Of a stretch of DNA of 64,000 nt, positions 1-9,951 are shown piece after piece; the first letter of the stretch is position 1, and every line of letters begins with the position of its first letter. The position numbers and the translations under genes are program-made. Source of the stretch: Candidatus Taylorbacteria bacterium RIFCSPHIGHO2_12_FULL_45_16 (GTDB lineage Bacteria; Patescibacteriota; Minisyncoccia; Phycocordibacterales; PALSA-1337); the NCBI GenBank assembly GCA_001821055.1, contig MHRT01000007.1:7931-71930 (forward strand), written 5' to 3'. Below the pieces are notes generated by a model. That model worked only from the letters and a program-made list of their open reading frames with translations, made no database searches and was not told the DNA's origin.

Positions 1-1071
1 GGCCATGATGTCGCCGTGGCTCTTGGTGGTGACGGAACATTGCGTCTCAAACTGGAGGCCGCAGGAATTTATACCCATGCCATAACCACGCTCAGACGAG
101 ACATCTCTACCGGAAAAGACATCAACTCATTGAAGGAAATAATCTCCATCATTCGTCATCGCCGACCGGACATTCTCCATGTCCATAGCCCCAAAGCGGC
201 CGGCTTGGGTTCGGTGGCAGGAAGACTGCTTCGGGTAAAATCAATCATCCAAACGGTCCACGGTTGGCCCTTCAACGAAGATCGCCCCATTCATCAACGA
301 CTCACCATCGTATTTTTCTCATGGCTGACTATGTTGTTTTGCCACACAACCATCCTCCTGTCCGAGCGGGAATACGGGCAAGCCCTCAATTTTCCCTGGG
401 TCAAAGAAAAACTAAAATTAATACCCCTCGGCATCAAAACTCCGACCTTCCTTTCGGTTGATGGAGCCAAGCAGTCCATCGCCAAGCATATCGCCATGAA
501 TATTCCTGATTTCAATAAAAAAATCATTATCGGGACCATCGTCGAACTACATCCGAACAAAGGTCTGTCGTATCTTATAAACGCCTTCTCCTTGGTTGTC
601 ATGGAGTATCCACAAGCGACACTGATCATTATCGGTGGTGGCCAAGATCAAGCGACCATGCATATGCTCATCAAGGAAAAGAAGCTTGAGCAGTCGGTAT
701 TTCTGGCCGGTTACATGGATCAGGCAGCTGAATTCCTCAAAGCATTCACCATCTTCGTACTCCCTTCTCTCAAGGAAGGACTGCCGTACGCCATCCTTGA
801 AGCCGGATCAGCTTCACTCCCAGTCGTGGCCACCACTGTCGGCGGTATTCCGGAAATTATTGAAGACATGAAATCCGGTCTGCTGGTCCAGTCCAAAAAC
901 ATTCGTGAATTGGCCCACGCCATCTCTTTCATGATTGAGCATCCCGATGAACGCAGGAGATATGGGGCAACCCTGAAGGAGAAAGTTTTGAGGTATTTTC
1001 CGGTGGAGAGGATGGTGAAGGAGGTAGAGGAATTGTACTTGAAGGAAGAAATCAAACCTTCTCACGTTTGA
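1..1071 (+). CDS. Glycosyltransferase family 1 (GT4), 5'-partial (frame is open to window start)
   Basis: C-terminal GT1 motif EGLPYAILEAGSASLPVVATTVGGIPEII. The reading frame continues upstream of the first Met at 16. Confidence 0.8.
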   Translation, partial: GHDVAVALGGDGTLRLKLEAAGIYTHAITTLRRDISTGKDINSLKEIISIIRHRRPDILHVHSPKAAGLGSVAGRLLRVKSIIQTVHGWPFNEDRPIHQRLTIVFFSWLTMLFCHTTILLSEREYGQALNFPWVKEKLKLIPLGIKTPTFLSVDGAKQSIAKHIAMNIPDFNKKIIIGTIVELHPNKGLSYLINAFSLVVMEYPQATLIIIGGGQDQATMHMLIKEKKLEQSVFLAGYMDQAAEFLKAFTIFVLPSLKEGLPYAILEAGSASLPVVATTVGGIPEIIEDMKSGLLVQSKNIRELAHAISFMIEHPDERRRYGATLKEKVLRYFPVERMVKEVEELYLKEEIKPSHV

Positions 1072-1369
1072 TGTAGATATAATCAAGCAGAAAATGCAGT
1101 AACAAACCAACGCCGAGAAACATTACCGGCCGAACAAAAAATAAAATAAAACTGAGGGCAATCATGTACATCCACTTCTTATGAAGAAAATGCGTCTTGA
1201 ATGGATTCCTTTTCGGGTGATAAATTGGCCGCGAGAATAAGTGGTCAAGATCAACCAGATTGGAAGAGATTATCAAAGCTAGGTCGTAATAGTTCGCTTC
1301 AATTCCAGGTATATTTGATAAAATCAAAAACACTGCTAGATTCGTCGCAATATGTATTGGAATCGTCAT
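1052..1369 (-). CDS. Small hypothetical membrane protein
   Basis: 105-aa ORF with hydrophobic segments and no recognisable motif. Confidence 0.3.
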   Translation of the reverse strand: MTIPIHIATNLAVFLILSNIPGIEANYYDLALIISSNLVDLDHLFSRPIYHPKRNPFKTHFLHKKWMYMIALSFILFFVRPVMFLGVGLLLHFLLDYIYIKREKV

Positions 1370-1371
1370 AA

Positions 1372-1399
1372 ATAGTTCCTTTGTAGAATTGTTTAATTT
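1372..1399 (+). repeat. Solo copy of the 'tagttcctttgtagaattg' motif (the terminal repeat of the four-helix-bundle cassette)
   Basis: Sequence atagttcctttgtagaattgtttaattt matches the motifs at 10932-10962 and 29533-29560 / 29941-29980. Confidence 0.6.
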
Positions 1400-1404
1400 T
1401 TCTC

Positions 1405-2568
1405 CTACTGCGGCCCAATAAACTCATTTTTGACCGCGTCTTTGTGCGCCGGGCGTGAATAGCGACGCATGGCCACGACCACTCCGAGAGCCAGAAATTC
1501 CGTCAGAATATGCGTTCCGCCATAGCTCATAAATGGCAGGGGGGTGCCGGTCACCGGCAACAAATGAACATTCATGCCCACATTGATGACAATATGCACA
1601 ATGAAAAAAACCGCCACGCCGGCCCCGAATAATATTTCGAAATTGGTAGCGCCATTCAGAGAGTTTTTGACGATGCGCCAAATGATAACCCCGTAAAGAG
1701 AGAACAAAATGAGTACGCCGACAAATCCCCATTCTTCAGCAAAAGCCGCGAAGATAAAGTCAGTCTGATATTCAGGCAGAAATTTTAAACGTGACTGCGT
1801 GCCATATCCCAGACCTTTACCCCAAATTTGACCGGAACCGACCGCAATCGTAGATTGGTAGGCGTTATAACCGGCGCCATGAATGTCAGCCAGGGGATCA
1901 ATGAAACTGCGAATGCGATCCTTTTGATATTCTTTGAAGCCAAAGCTCCACAAAAGACCAAATATCAGAAGACTGACGCCAATCATAGCGAATAAGTGCT
2001 TCTTGGAAATACCCGAAACCATAACCATACCCAGCCAGATAAAAAATATGATCATGGCCGAACCAAGATCTGGACTTCCTAAAACCAAAGCGAATAATAC
2101 AAAAGCATAGAGACCGGAGACAAGTATGTGGCGGACATTGGCAATCTCTATGTGCCGCCGCGAAAAATATTTCGCTAAAATGACTATGACAACCAGCTTT
2201 GCCAGATCAGATGGCTGGAATGAGAAACTTCCAAGGTCAAACCAGGAACGCGAACCGTTGGTTATGGTGCCAAAGGCAAAAAGACCGCCAAGTAATAACG
2301 CGGAAACAACAAAGGCAGAGACCGACACCCAGGTTGATCGCAGAAAACGCACGTCTATAAAGCTGACCCCAAAAAAGAAGGCCATGCCGATCATGATCCA
2401 AATAAATTGATGACTGGCAAAAGCATTATTGCCCGTAAAAGAAAACATCGTCATCAACCCCGCCGCAAGTATCGGTAATGTGGCCCCAAAAAGCCACCAG
2501 TCCATGTCACGCCGATGATTGGCGCTTAAGTTATAGAATGATTCAGTCTTTGATGGCAACGAGTCCAT
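1405..2568 (-). CDS. FtsW/RodA/SpoVE (SEDS) family cell-wall polymerase
   Basis: Polytopic membrane protein with the SEDS motif region YQSTIAVGSGQIWGKGLGYGTQSRLKFLPEYQTDFIFAAFAEEWGF. Confidence 0.85.
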   Translation of the reverse strand: MDSLPSKTESFYNLSANHRRDMDWWLFGATLPILAAGLMTMFSFTGNNAFASHQFIWIMIGMAFFFGVSFIDVRFLRSTWVSVSAFVVSALLLGGLFAFGTITNGSRSWFDLGSFSFQPSDLAKLVVIVILAKYFSRRHIEIANVRHILVSGLYAFVLFALVLGSPDLGSAMIIFFIWLGMVMVSGISKKHLFAMIGVSLLIFGLLWSFGFKEYQKDRIRSFIDPLADIHGAGYNAYQSTIAVGSGQIWGKGLGYGTQSRLKFLPEYQTDFIFAAFAEEWGFVGVLILFSLYGVIIWRIVKNSLNGATNFEILFGAGVAVFFIVHIVINVGMNVHLLPVTGTPLPFMSYGGTHILTEFLALGVVVAMRRYSRPAHKDAVKNEFIGPQ

Positions 2569-2658
2569 GTCTGTATGTTAGCAGAGAAGCTCTCCCGTGG
2601 CACACGTGTATTTTTGTGTACCGAGAATATCTGAGCAAGCTGAAAGTGGTTCTAATTT

Positions 2659-3414
2659 TTACTCCGCGACCGGCAAAATTTCAATGGAAATGACGGCACC
2701 CTTGCGATTGACCGGCCAGGTAAATGGCGCCAGAGAACTTCCCTGCGCAGGTATTTCATCAAGCAATGTCTTAGAAAACCCCAAAGCATTACCGTCTTTG
2801 TCATATAAAATCGCATAAACTCCTATATCTGACAACGGATAAACGCTTGTATTTTTCATAACCACTGTCAACGATGAACCCAACTCGTCTTCAAGATATT
2901 TTTTTTCTCCAACGGCAATAGCGGACAAGCCATCTTTCTTTTTGTACCAATCCGGCGGTGAAGTAAATTCAAACAGTGCTTTTACTGGAACGCGTTTGTC
3001 CACATCGATGGCCCCCTGAAAAGCAAGCGTATTGCGATGTGGGGGCAGAGTCACTGTCCCATAGGCGTCGGTAATGAGCACGCCACGATCGTCATATAAT
3101 GAAACATGATATGGCACATTCAACGCTTCGGCATCAATGTTCGGGTTGACAATATACGCGGCAATATTATATAGACCGGGAGCAATCTGTTCAATTCTAG
3201 TCCAGGCCAAAGATGGGGCCAAAAATGAAGTCTGACACAACTTTTGACAGGATCCGCCACAATCAACCCCCTGTTCATTACCATTCCTAATACCATCAGT
3301 ACAAGTCGGAGCTTTGTAGAAAAAATAGAAAACTGGTATGCCGATCACAACTATGGCGAGGACCAGAACTACGAGAGCGTATAACGATTTACGACGTTTT
3401 GACCAGGAGGACAT
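2659..3414 (-). CDS. Hypothetical membrane-anchored extracellular protein (N-terminal TM, Cys-rich segment)
   Basis: Single N-terminal TM helix and a CTDG...CGGSCQKLC segment. Confidence 0.5.
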   Translation of the reverse strand: MSSWSKRRKSLYALVVLVLAIVVIGIPVFYFFYKAPTCTDGIRNGNEQGVDCGGSCQKLCQTSFLAPSLAWTRIEQIAPGLYNIAAYIVNPNIDAEALNVPYHVSLYDDRGVLITDAYGTVTLPPHRNTLAFQGAIDVDKRVPVKALFEFTSPPDWYKKKDGLSAIAVGEKKYLEDELGSSLTVVMKNTSVYPLSDIGVYAILYDKDGNALGFSKTLLDEIPAQGSSLAPFTWPVNRKGAVISIEILPVAE

Positions 3415-3435
3415 AAGGATTTTAGGTTCTAATGA

Positions 3436-4506
3436 TTATTGAGTCGTGGTGTTAGTTTGGCCTTGTTGAATAGTTTCGAGGTTTACCGCATCGATTTGAC
3501 GTTGTACATCAGCCATTGAATTCTGAACATTTTGATTTGTCTGCACGGCTTTGGAGCGAGCAATGTTCACGGCCCAAAAAGAAATCATAATCGGTATAGT
3601 GATCATCACAACAACTCCAACACAAATAAAAGCTATCAGCCAATTTTTGAATGTTTTTGTCTCTATATTCGCAGAACGTGTGGCTTTTAGTGATTCATAT
3701 AACTTGTAGGTATATCCCATACCAATTGGGGCAAGGATGCATGTTCCAATTAGGTTTAGAATTGCGGAGATAGTGAACATGACAATTGAACCAGAAGCTA
3801 CCGGATTTACTGAATTGGTCAATGAGAAAAGATGAATACCAAATATTGCTGCGACGCCGGAGATTATTGCCCACAAAACTAACCATGCAACCATCATCAC
3901 AACGCCCAATAAAACAATCCTGCCCAAGACTGGCCACCAACGTTCGCGGATCAGACTGTAACTCTCAGTTAGAGCCGAGAATCCTTTTTTACCATCAACC
4001 GTAAGCGTAAACAAATACATAGAAGCATAAACCCAGACAACAATCCCTGGAATGACAAAGAGTACAAATGAACCCATTTGGGCAAATGTGAAAATTATTC
4101 CGACTAGGATAAAAGACCAGAAATACTTGAAGCCAAATTTGTATTGCTCTTTTGTGTTTATTACTGCTGTTGAATCTGTGGAAACTCTTCGAATTGCATC
4201 GATAACAGCCGGAACCATTGCCACAGAAAAGACCGCACCAACAATAGAGATAAGCACCCCGATAAAGACGAGGACCCCAACGTGAGTGATTCCAAGCAAA
4301 CTACCGATATAACTAATAATCGATGGCAAAATGAGAATTGGTACTAGAGTCTTCCAATGATTGATCAATAATCTCCAACCAAACTTTAGCAAAGTCATCG
4401 GACCATCAATCTCACGACCAAATGAAGATTGGGACGTTGAAGTTGGTGCGGGTGGCGTTTGGGAAAAAGGACTCGGACTCGAAGAAGCAAATGTATTTGG
4501 TTCCAT
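3436..4506 (-). CDS. Hypothetical polytopic membrane protein
   Basis: 356-aa ORF with multiple predicted TM helices and a low-complexity Ser/Pro/Thr N-terminus. Confidence 0.5.
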   Translation of the reverse strand: MEPNTFASSSPSPFSQTPPAPTSTSQSSFGREIDGPMTLLKFGWRLLINHWKTLVPILILPSIISYIGSLLGITHVGVLVFIGVLISIVGAVFSVAMVPAVIDAIRRVSTDSTAVINTKEQYKFGFKYFWSFILVGIIFTFAQMGSFVLFVIPGIVVWVYASMYLFTLTVDGKKGFSALTESYSLIRERWWPVLGRIVLLGVVMMVAWLVLWAIISGVAAIFGIHLFSLTNSVNPVASGSIVMFTISAILNLIGTCILAPIGMGYTYKLYESLKATRSANIETKTFKNWLIAFICVGVVVMITIPIMISFWAVNIARSKAVQTNQNVQNSMADVQRQIDAVNLETIQQGQTNTTTQ

Positions 4507-4672
4507 AAAATTATAATAAACTAATAAATAATGATAACTTACCGTCTATTATTCCATAAAAACAACTTGGCTACAATGTCACATTTCTTTAGAAGAATCG
4601 ACCAGTTTGGCCTGTGCATTTATCAAAAAACATCCTGAATTCCGAGATTTTTAATGATTTTGATTGAATACT

Positions 4673-4790
4673 CTGTTCCGGCGGCAAGCTACTTTCGCCC
4701 CGTGGGACTATCATCGCCGCAACTACGTTTCACTGCCGTGTTCGGAATGGGAACGGGTGTTGCCATAGCGCCAAACCACCAGAACAGAAG
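4673..4790 (-). rRNA. rrf: 5S rRNA
   Basis: Minus-strand sequence ...GTTCCCATTCCGAACACGGCAGTGAAACGTAGTTGCGGCGATGATAGTCCCACGGGG... matches the 5S consensus. The 5' CTGTTCTGGTGG pairs with the 3' CCGCCGGAACAG. Confidence 0.8.
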
Positions 4791-5231
4791 ATTCAATGGA
4801 ATCTCTATCACATATCTCAAATATAAGGCCATGTAATCTATCAAACAAGCAATATCCGCCTCACTCCTCGACAAGCTCGGAGCTACGGCGTGGCACCCTC
4901 CTTCGCGTAAAGCTACGGAAGGGTTTAAGCGATTTTCAAATTTCCTAATAGGATCGACGGATTAGTACTTCACGGCTCAACACCTTACGGCGCGTACACC
5001 TAAAGCCTATCAACGTGATCATCTCTCACGGGTCTTTAACGATACCTAATCTTGGGGCCGGCTTCCCGCTTATATGCTTTCAGCGGTTATCCGATCCGAA
5101 CATAGCTACCCTGCGTTGCTCTTGGCAGAACAGCAGGTAGACCAGAGGTTCGTTCAACTCGGTCCTCTCGTACTAGAGTCAAATCCCCTCAAGTATCAAC
5201 GCCTGCAGTAGATAGGAGACCAACCTGTCTC

Positions 5232-5590
5232 ACGCATGTTATAAATCCTGACGACTTTTATGTCGGAAGGATTATCAATGATTACTCATTGCATTGGACT
5301 ATAGCTTCCTTCAATTTCTTGAAGTGTCGATGTTTAGTCTCTACGGGCGATTATGAATTTCATAAACTTCCCTCGGTATTGCCCTGAGAAAATATGTAAT
5401 ATTTTCGAAGGGTTCCACCGATATAAATCGACTTGTTCCTACTACGCTCTTTCAGAGCTTCGTAGGACCGCCGTGGTTGATTGACCTACTTCCTAACTGT
5501 TACAACACAAAGCTTAAAATGACTTTGTGTGCTATTAAACAAAAAATATTCTCGAAGTGATTCAGACTGTCCTGAGGCAATCTTTATTGC
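5232..5590 (-). mobile_element. Group I intron, ORF-less, in 23S near the E. coli ~2590s site (approximate boundaries)
   Basis: The insertion breaks GCGAGCTGGGTTCAGA | ... | CGTGAGACAGG. It contains R-like (CGTAGAGACTAAA) and S-like (AAGCTATAGTCCA) group I core elements. Confidence 0.6.
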
Positions 5591-5595
5591 CGAAG

Positions 5596-5628
<33 letters not shown>

Positions 5629-5957
5629 TTGGCGAACAGCCAAACCTTTGGGAGCTTCTCCACCCCCAGGATGTGGTGAGCCGACATCGAGGTGCCGAAC
5701 TCCGCCGTCGATATGAACTCTTAGGCGGAACTAGCCTGTTATCCCTAGAGTAGCTTTTGTCCGATAATCTTCCGCCGCATCTAATGCGAACGGTCGGTTC
5801 ACTTGGCTCCGCTTTCGCGTCTGCTCGACACGTACGTCTTGCAGTCAAGCCAGCTTGTGCCCATACACTATCGCCACGGTTTCCATTCGCGGCTAGCTGA
5901 CCTTTAGGCTCCTCCGTTACTGTTTAGGCATTTGTGTTACTTTGTTTGTAATTTTTT

Positions 5958-6478
5958 ACAAAGGATAAGTATTTCTACTTACCTCTTCATGTCGCCATGA
6001 AGATCGGACTATAATTTCATTCGCTTTTGGCGAACGATTAGCGTTTAGTCTCTGAGGATCCTGAAATACCTGAAGGAAGAGGGTAGTACCAAACTACCCC
6101 TGTGTGTGGTTCTTACAATCCCCACACCGAATAAGCATTATCGTAACCAGGACCACGGTTATAGGTACCATCTTCTACTGACCGTTCCACGGCTCGCTGA
6201 TGCTCAAGAATATCATGCAGTTCGGCCACACTTGTTGTTGGGAATGCGCGAACGTGTAAACTTACATGCTTAATTTTCGTCTTTGATTTTTTCTTTTTCA
6301 TATTCTTTTCCTCCTTCAGATATTTCAGTTTCCTGCTGATTGTCCGCACCAAACAGATTTTCACTCTGCAAATTTAATTGCCGAGTACTGTTGGATACAA
6401 CCGGATTTTCCAGCATATAGCTAATCACCTATTCAATTTCTTGAATACCCCCTAAATTTATTTATTTGAAGAGATTAA
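5958..6478 (-). mobile_element. Group I intron in 23S (near E. coli ~2256) carrying a small ORF
   Basis: Breaks GGGGCGCTATCC | ... | CCTAAACAGTAACGGAGG. Contains P/Q-like (TATGCTGGAAAATCCGG), R-like (CCTCAGAGACTAAA) and S-like (AATTATAGTCCGATC) elements. Confidence 0.65.
6113..6364 (-). CDS. Intron-encoded small ORF (83 aa), possibly a degenerate homing-endonuclease remnant
   Basis: ORF lies entirely inside the group I intron at 5958-6478, is Lys-rich, and has no clear motif. Confidence 0.25.
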   Translation of the reverse strand: MKICLVRTISRKLKYLKEEKNMKKKKSKTKIKHVSLHVRAFPTTSVAELHDILEHQRAVERSVEDGTYNRGPGYDNAYSVWGL

Positions 6479-6899
6479 ACTTCTGGTGGCGCTATAGTAA
6501 GGCCGAACTATTCATTTGAATGAATAACACGGCCAAGGATAGCGCCCCACTAAAACTGTCCATCATATACTGTCTCCCGGTGGTTGTGCCACTGAGGTTA
6601 GAATATACATTTTTAAAGATTGGTGTTTCATCGACGGATCCACGCCCCCCGAGAGGAACGCTTCAAATCCTACCAACTACGCTACGCATCAAAAACGTAT
6701 AGTCAATATAAAATTACAGTAAAGCTTCTAGGGTCTTTTCGTCTAACTGCAGGTAACCGGCATCTTCACCGGTACTGTATTTTCACCGAGCAAGTCTCCG
6801 AGACAGTTCTCCAGTCATTACACTATTCAACGCGTCAGAACTTACCTGACACAAACTGTTACTTTTGTCCGAGATGGACATGACTTGCAAAAATTTATA

Positions 6900-7928
6900 T
6901 AAATAAAATCTTGCAAGCGGTGTGACGCGAATCACACTCTGCATGTCGCCATGCAGTTCAGACTATATCACATTCTCTAAAACCACTGGTTTCAGAGATC
7001 TTGGCGTGTAGTCGTTGAGGAGCTGTTGAAGTAACATCAATCTCTTTCTTTGTCGTTCGTGATGTAATGGATATTGATTGAGAAACATCTTGCATACTTT
7101 TTTGAGTATGATCCGACTGTTTATTTCAAGATGGTAAACACCATCTTTTCTCAATCTGACATTTCCATAATTCACAAACTTATTTATCAATTCAATTATC
7201 TTTTTATCTTTCATTGCAATCATGAAGAATGGTTCTTGGACAAGCCCTGAAGACTTATATCCAAAAGAACCTTCTCCATCAATCACTCCCGCTATAAAAT
7301 AACCGAGAGAATCCTGATCAAGAGGAAGTAAATCAAACTGCTGATCTACGATTCCTCTGGTTTTAACCTCTCGTAATTTTCTTCGTAATTCTTCAATTTC
7401 TATAGTTTTCTCCTTTTGAAATCTATGTGCCCTGTGACTTTCTAGGTACACAAGAACAGTTTTCAAAAGAAGAATGCGATTTTTTGCGAGATCGCCTATA
7501 GGAATTGGGTACATTTCCAGAAAATTAAGTGCCGTTCGCACTTTACTTTTGCCTCGAGCTGAAAGATTATACGCACCCTTAACCGGGGATATGACTCCTC
7601 GATTATTCATTACCACGCGGTTAACTTCATTAAGAAGTTTTCGATCTGCGTTCGTAACTGTCAGAACGACCATGTAGTAATAATCATTGGGCTTTTTATT
7701 TGTTGTTTTAATAATTGAACATGACATTTCGGCGGCAATGAGCCCCGAAAAATAGAAATTGTTTTTCAACATTTCCTGCGGATTGTCCGGCCTTTGATTT
7801 TTACCAAAGTCATTGGAAGCATTTTTACTCATGAAACAATTATCTCATGAGTAGCTCCAAATACAACCGGATTTTCCCGCATATAGCCAAGTTTTCCATA
7901 AAGATCACTCTCTATGGTCCCAGTCTTC
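6900..7928 (-). mobile_element. Group I intron in 23S (about E. coli 1943/1944, downstream of the 12-nt micro-exon AGCGCAATTCCT at 7929-7940), encoding a LAGLIDADG endonuclease
   Basis: Exon resumes TTTGTGTCAGGTAAGTTCTGAC. The P/Q-like and R/S-like elements (CCGGATTTTCCCGCATATAG / CATGTCGCCATGCAGTTCAGACT on plus) are shared with introns 5958-6478 and 7941-8477. Confidence 0.65.
6963..7832 (-). CDS. LAGLIDADG homing endonuclease (double-motif type), intron-encoded
   Basis: Second motif is YFIAGVIDGEGSFGY. The degenerate first motif is NFYFSGLIAAEMSCSI. The ORF is located inside the 23S group I intron. Confidence 0.8.
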   Translation of the reverse strand: MSKNASNDFGKNQRPDNPQEMLKNNFYFSGLIAAEMSCSIIKTTNKKPNDYYYMVVLTVTNADRKLLNEVNRVVMNNRGVISPVKGAYNLSARGKSKVRTALNFLEMYPIPIGDLAKNRILLLKTVLVYLESHRAHRFQKEKTIEIEELRRKLREVKTRGIVDQQFDLLPLDQDSLGYFIAGVIDGEGSFGYKSSGLVQEPFFMIAMKDKKIIELINKFVNYGNVRLRKDGVYHLEINSRIILKKVCKMFLNQYPLHHERQRKRLMLLQQLLNDYTPRSLKPVVLENVI

Positions 7929-7940
7929 TAGGAATTGCGC

Positions 7941-8477
7941 TAATTTTTGTTAACTGCATGTCGCCATGCAGATCGAACTCTATCTTCTTAACTCACTTTG
8001 AATTAAGTCTGACGTTTGGTTTCTGAGGATTCTACAATACCTTAAGGAAGGGGTGAGGACGAATCTCACCCAAGTTCATTTCGGACTTTCGGCCTCTTTT
8101 GGTCTATTAACAGACAGCTCGAAATCCAATTTGCACTTATCCGAACATGTGCTACGAACATTCCAGTTGGGTGAGTTCAGACGATCAATTGGAATTAATT
8201 TTTCGCACATTGCACATCTAGTTGATCTTTTACTTTTCATAATACCTCCTTAAGGTATTGTAGTCTTTCCTGCTGATTGCCCGCACTTTCCGATTGTCAC
8301 CACTTTAACTAGCTAAAGTGGTACGAAAAGATACTCGGACTTCCCAGCATATAGTCAGATATTTTTGGACATCTATTCGTTCAATAGATAGGCAGCGTCT
8401 TAATTTACTGCGTTGTTTGTGTTTCTAAATTGTTTAACATTTCGCCATAACAGTCCTAGTCCTTCTTGGTTCACCTT
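7941..8477 (-). mobile_element. Group I intron in 23S at E. coli position 1931 (after GGTCCTAAGGT), ORF-less
   Basis: Upstream exon ends CGGTCCTAAGGT at plus ~8478. Shares P/Q and R/S-like elements (ACTCGGACTTCCCAGCATATAG / GCATGTCGCCATGCAGATCGAACT) with the other two introns. Confidence 0.6.
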
Positions 8478-8491
8478 GCGGAAAACCAAGA

Positions 8492-8526
<35 letters not shown>

Positions 8527-8699
8527 CAGGGCTTATAACGCTCACCACTATATCTTGCGACATAGCAACGGCATTATTTGACCTTCTGGCATTGGTCAAG
8601 TGTCACCCCCTATACATCCTCTTACGAGTTCGCAGGGAGCTGTGTTTTTGTTAAACAGTTGCCAGAGATACTTTAGCTGCGGCCAAAGTAGGGGTTAGA

Positions 8700-8985
8700 A
8701 GTTAGAAATATATTATGATACAATTATGTACATGGTAACAGACGGACCTTGGACAGTAATACTTATAGTCGACCTGTTTATCTTTTCATTTCTCTTTGGT
8801 GGTGGGCTGTATGTACGATCAACTCATGGAATACTAGCTATTAAAAGAGTGTTCGCCAAAATGCCACCAAAACAAAAACGTAATACAATGGACTATAAAC
8901 TTAGTCTCTTCCTGAAAATAGTTTTTGTTACCACTCTCCTCATAGCTATTGTAAGCATCATCGCACTAATAATTTTTTTCTGATT
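8700..8985 (-). other. AT-rich stem-enclosed intervening sequence in 23S domain IV (between GCCGTAACTTCGG... and ...GATACC/CAGCTAAAG)
   Basis: Flanked by the complementary arms CCAAAGTAGGGATTAGAGTTTAGAAAT and ATTTCTAACTTCTAACCCCTACTTTGG. The insert has no rRNA homology. Confidence 0.55.
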
Positions 8986-9743
8986 TCTAAACTCTAATCC
9001 CTACTTTGGCAAGCCTTATTCCGAAGTTACGGCTGCTTTTTTGCCGAGTTCCTTGGAGACCTCTCACTCGTTCGCCTAGGTCTACTCGACCTGATCACCT
9101 GTGTCGGTTTGCGGTACGGTTTTTACGTGGTTATGCTTAGAAGTTTTTCTTGGAAGCGTGCTTTGATGCATTAGCCTTTTTACAGGCGACTGTGCTTCGC
9201 TTGCGTTCGACATTGAAGTCAGGATCCGGATTTGCCAAGACCCACACTTACGCTACACACATTAAATCCAATTATATGCGCATCATACTACACTCCGTCA
9301 CTCCATCGCACCACGCAAAAGTTATGGAATATTAACCATATGTCCATCGGGTGCGGCGTTCGCCATCCCCTTAGGACCGACTAACCCTTGGCTGATATAC
9401 ATTGCCAAGGAAACCTTGATCTTTCGGCGTGCGGGTATCTCACCCGCATTGCGGTTACTTGTGCCAACATTCTTACTTCGCAACGCTCCAGCATGGGTCA
9501 CCCCTTTGCCTTCAACGCAGATGCGAATACTCTCCTACCGCTTGTGTACTTAATTAAGGGGGCAACTCTCACGCAACATGGTCGATTAAGTTCGACCTGA
9601 CATATTTCCAGGTTCACGCCTACGTTCCCCAAACCTTCTGGTCTAAGATACGGGCAAGAGAAGCAGAAAATGCTGGGAGAGTTACCCAAAGACAAGAAAT
9701 CATTCTTGGTTGCGATTTTTACCTGAAAAATCGACGAAAAAAG

Positions 9744-9816
9744 TGGCTCCCAGGAATGGGCTTGAACCATTAACCTTCGCATCGCTGCGTTGCTCTACCA
9801 ATTGAGCTACCTGGGT
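9744..9816 (-). ncRNA. tRNA-like element 2 inside the helix-45 IVS (73 nt, encoded CCA); anticodon arm replaced by a GNRA-capped hairpin
   Basis: Sequence ACCCAGG-TA-GCTC-AATTGGTA-GAGC-A-[CGCA-GCGA-TGCG]-AAGG-TTAATGG-TTCAAGC-CCATT-CCTGGGA-G-CCA. Confidence 0.4.
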
Positions 9817-9875
9817 AACCGATTCAAATTTACTTACTTCCGTAAAGTGACGACCTTTTCGTCACTCTGAAGAAG

Positions 9876-9951
9876 TGGTGCGAGTGGGGCGGTCTCGAAC
9901 CCCCGACCTCCGCCGTGTTGGGGCGGCGCTCTGCCTCTGAGCTACACTCGC
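9876..9951 (-). ncRNA. tRNA-like element 1 inside the helix-45 IVS (76 nt, encoded CCA); non-canonical anticodon loop
   Basis: Sequence GCGAGTG-TA-GCTC-AGAGGCA-GAGC-G-CCGCC-CCAACAC-GGCGG-AGGTC-GGGGG-TTCGAGA-CCGCC(C)-CACTCGC-A-CCA. The acceptor stem is a perfect 7 bp. Position 33 is C and the anticodon reads AAC. There is one mismatch or an extra nucleotide in the T-arm. Confidence 0.45.

Noticed and set aside
9744-9951. Calling the two cloverleaf sequences in the helix-45 IVS genuine tRNA genes
   Set aside because: Element 1 has C33 and an AAC anticodon loop plus a T-arm irregularity. Element 2 lacks a real anticodon arm. They are reported as tRNA-like structures, not functional tRNAs.
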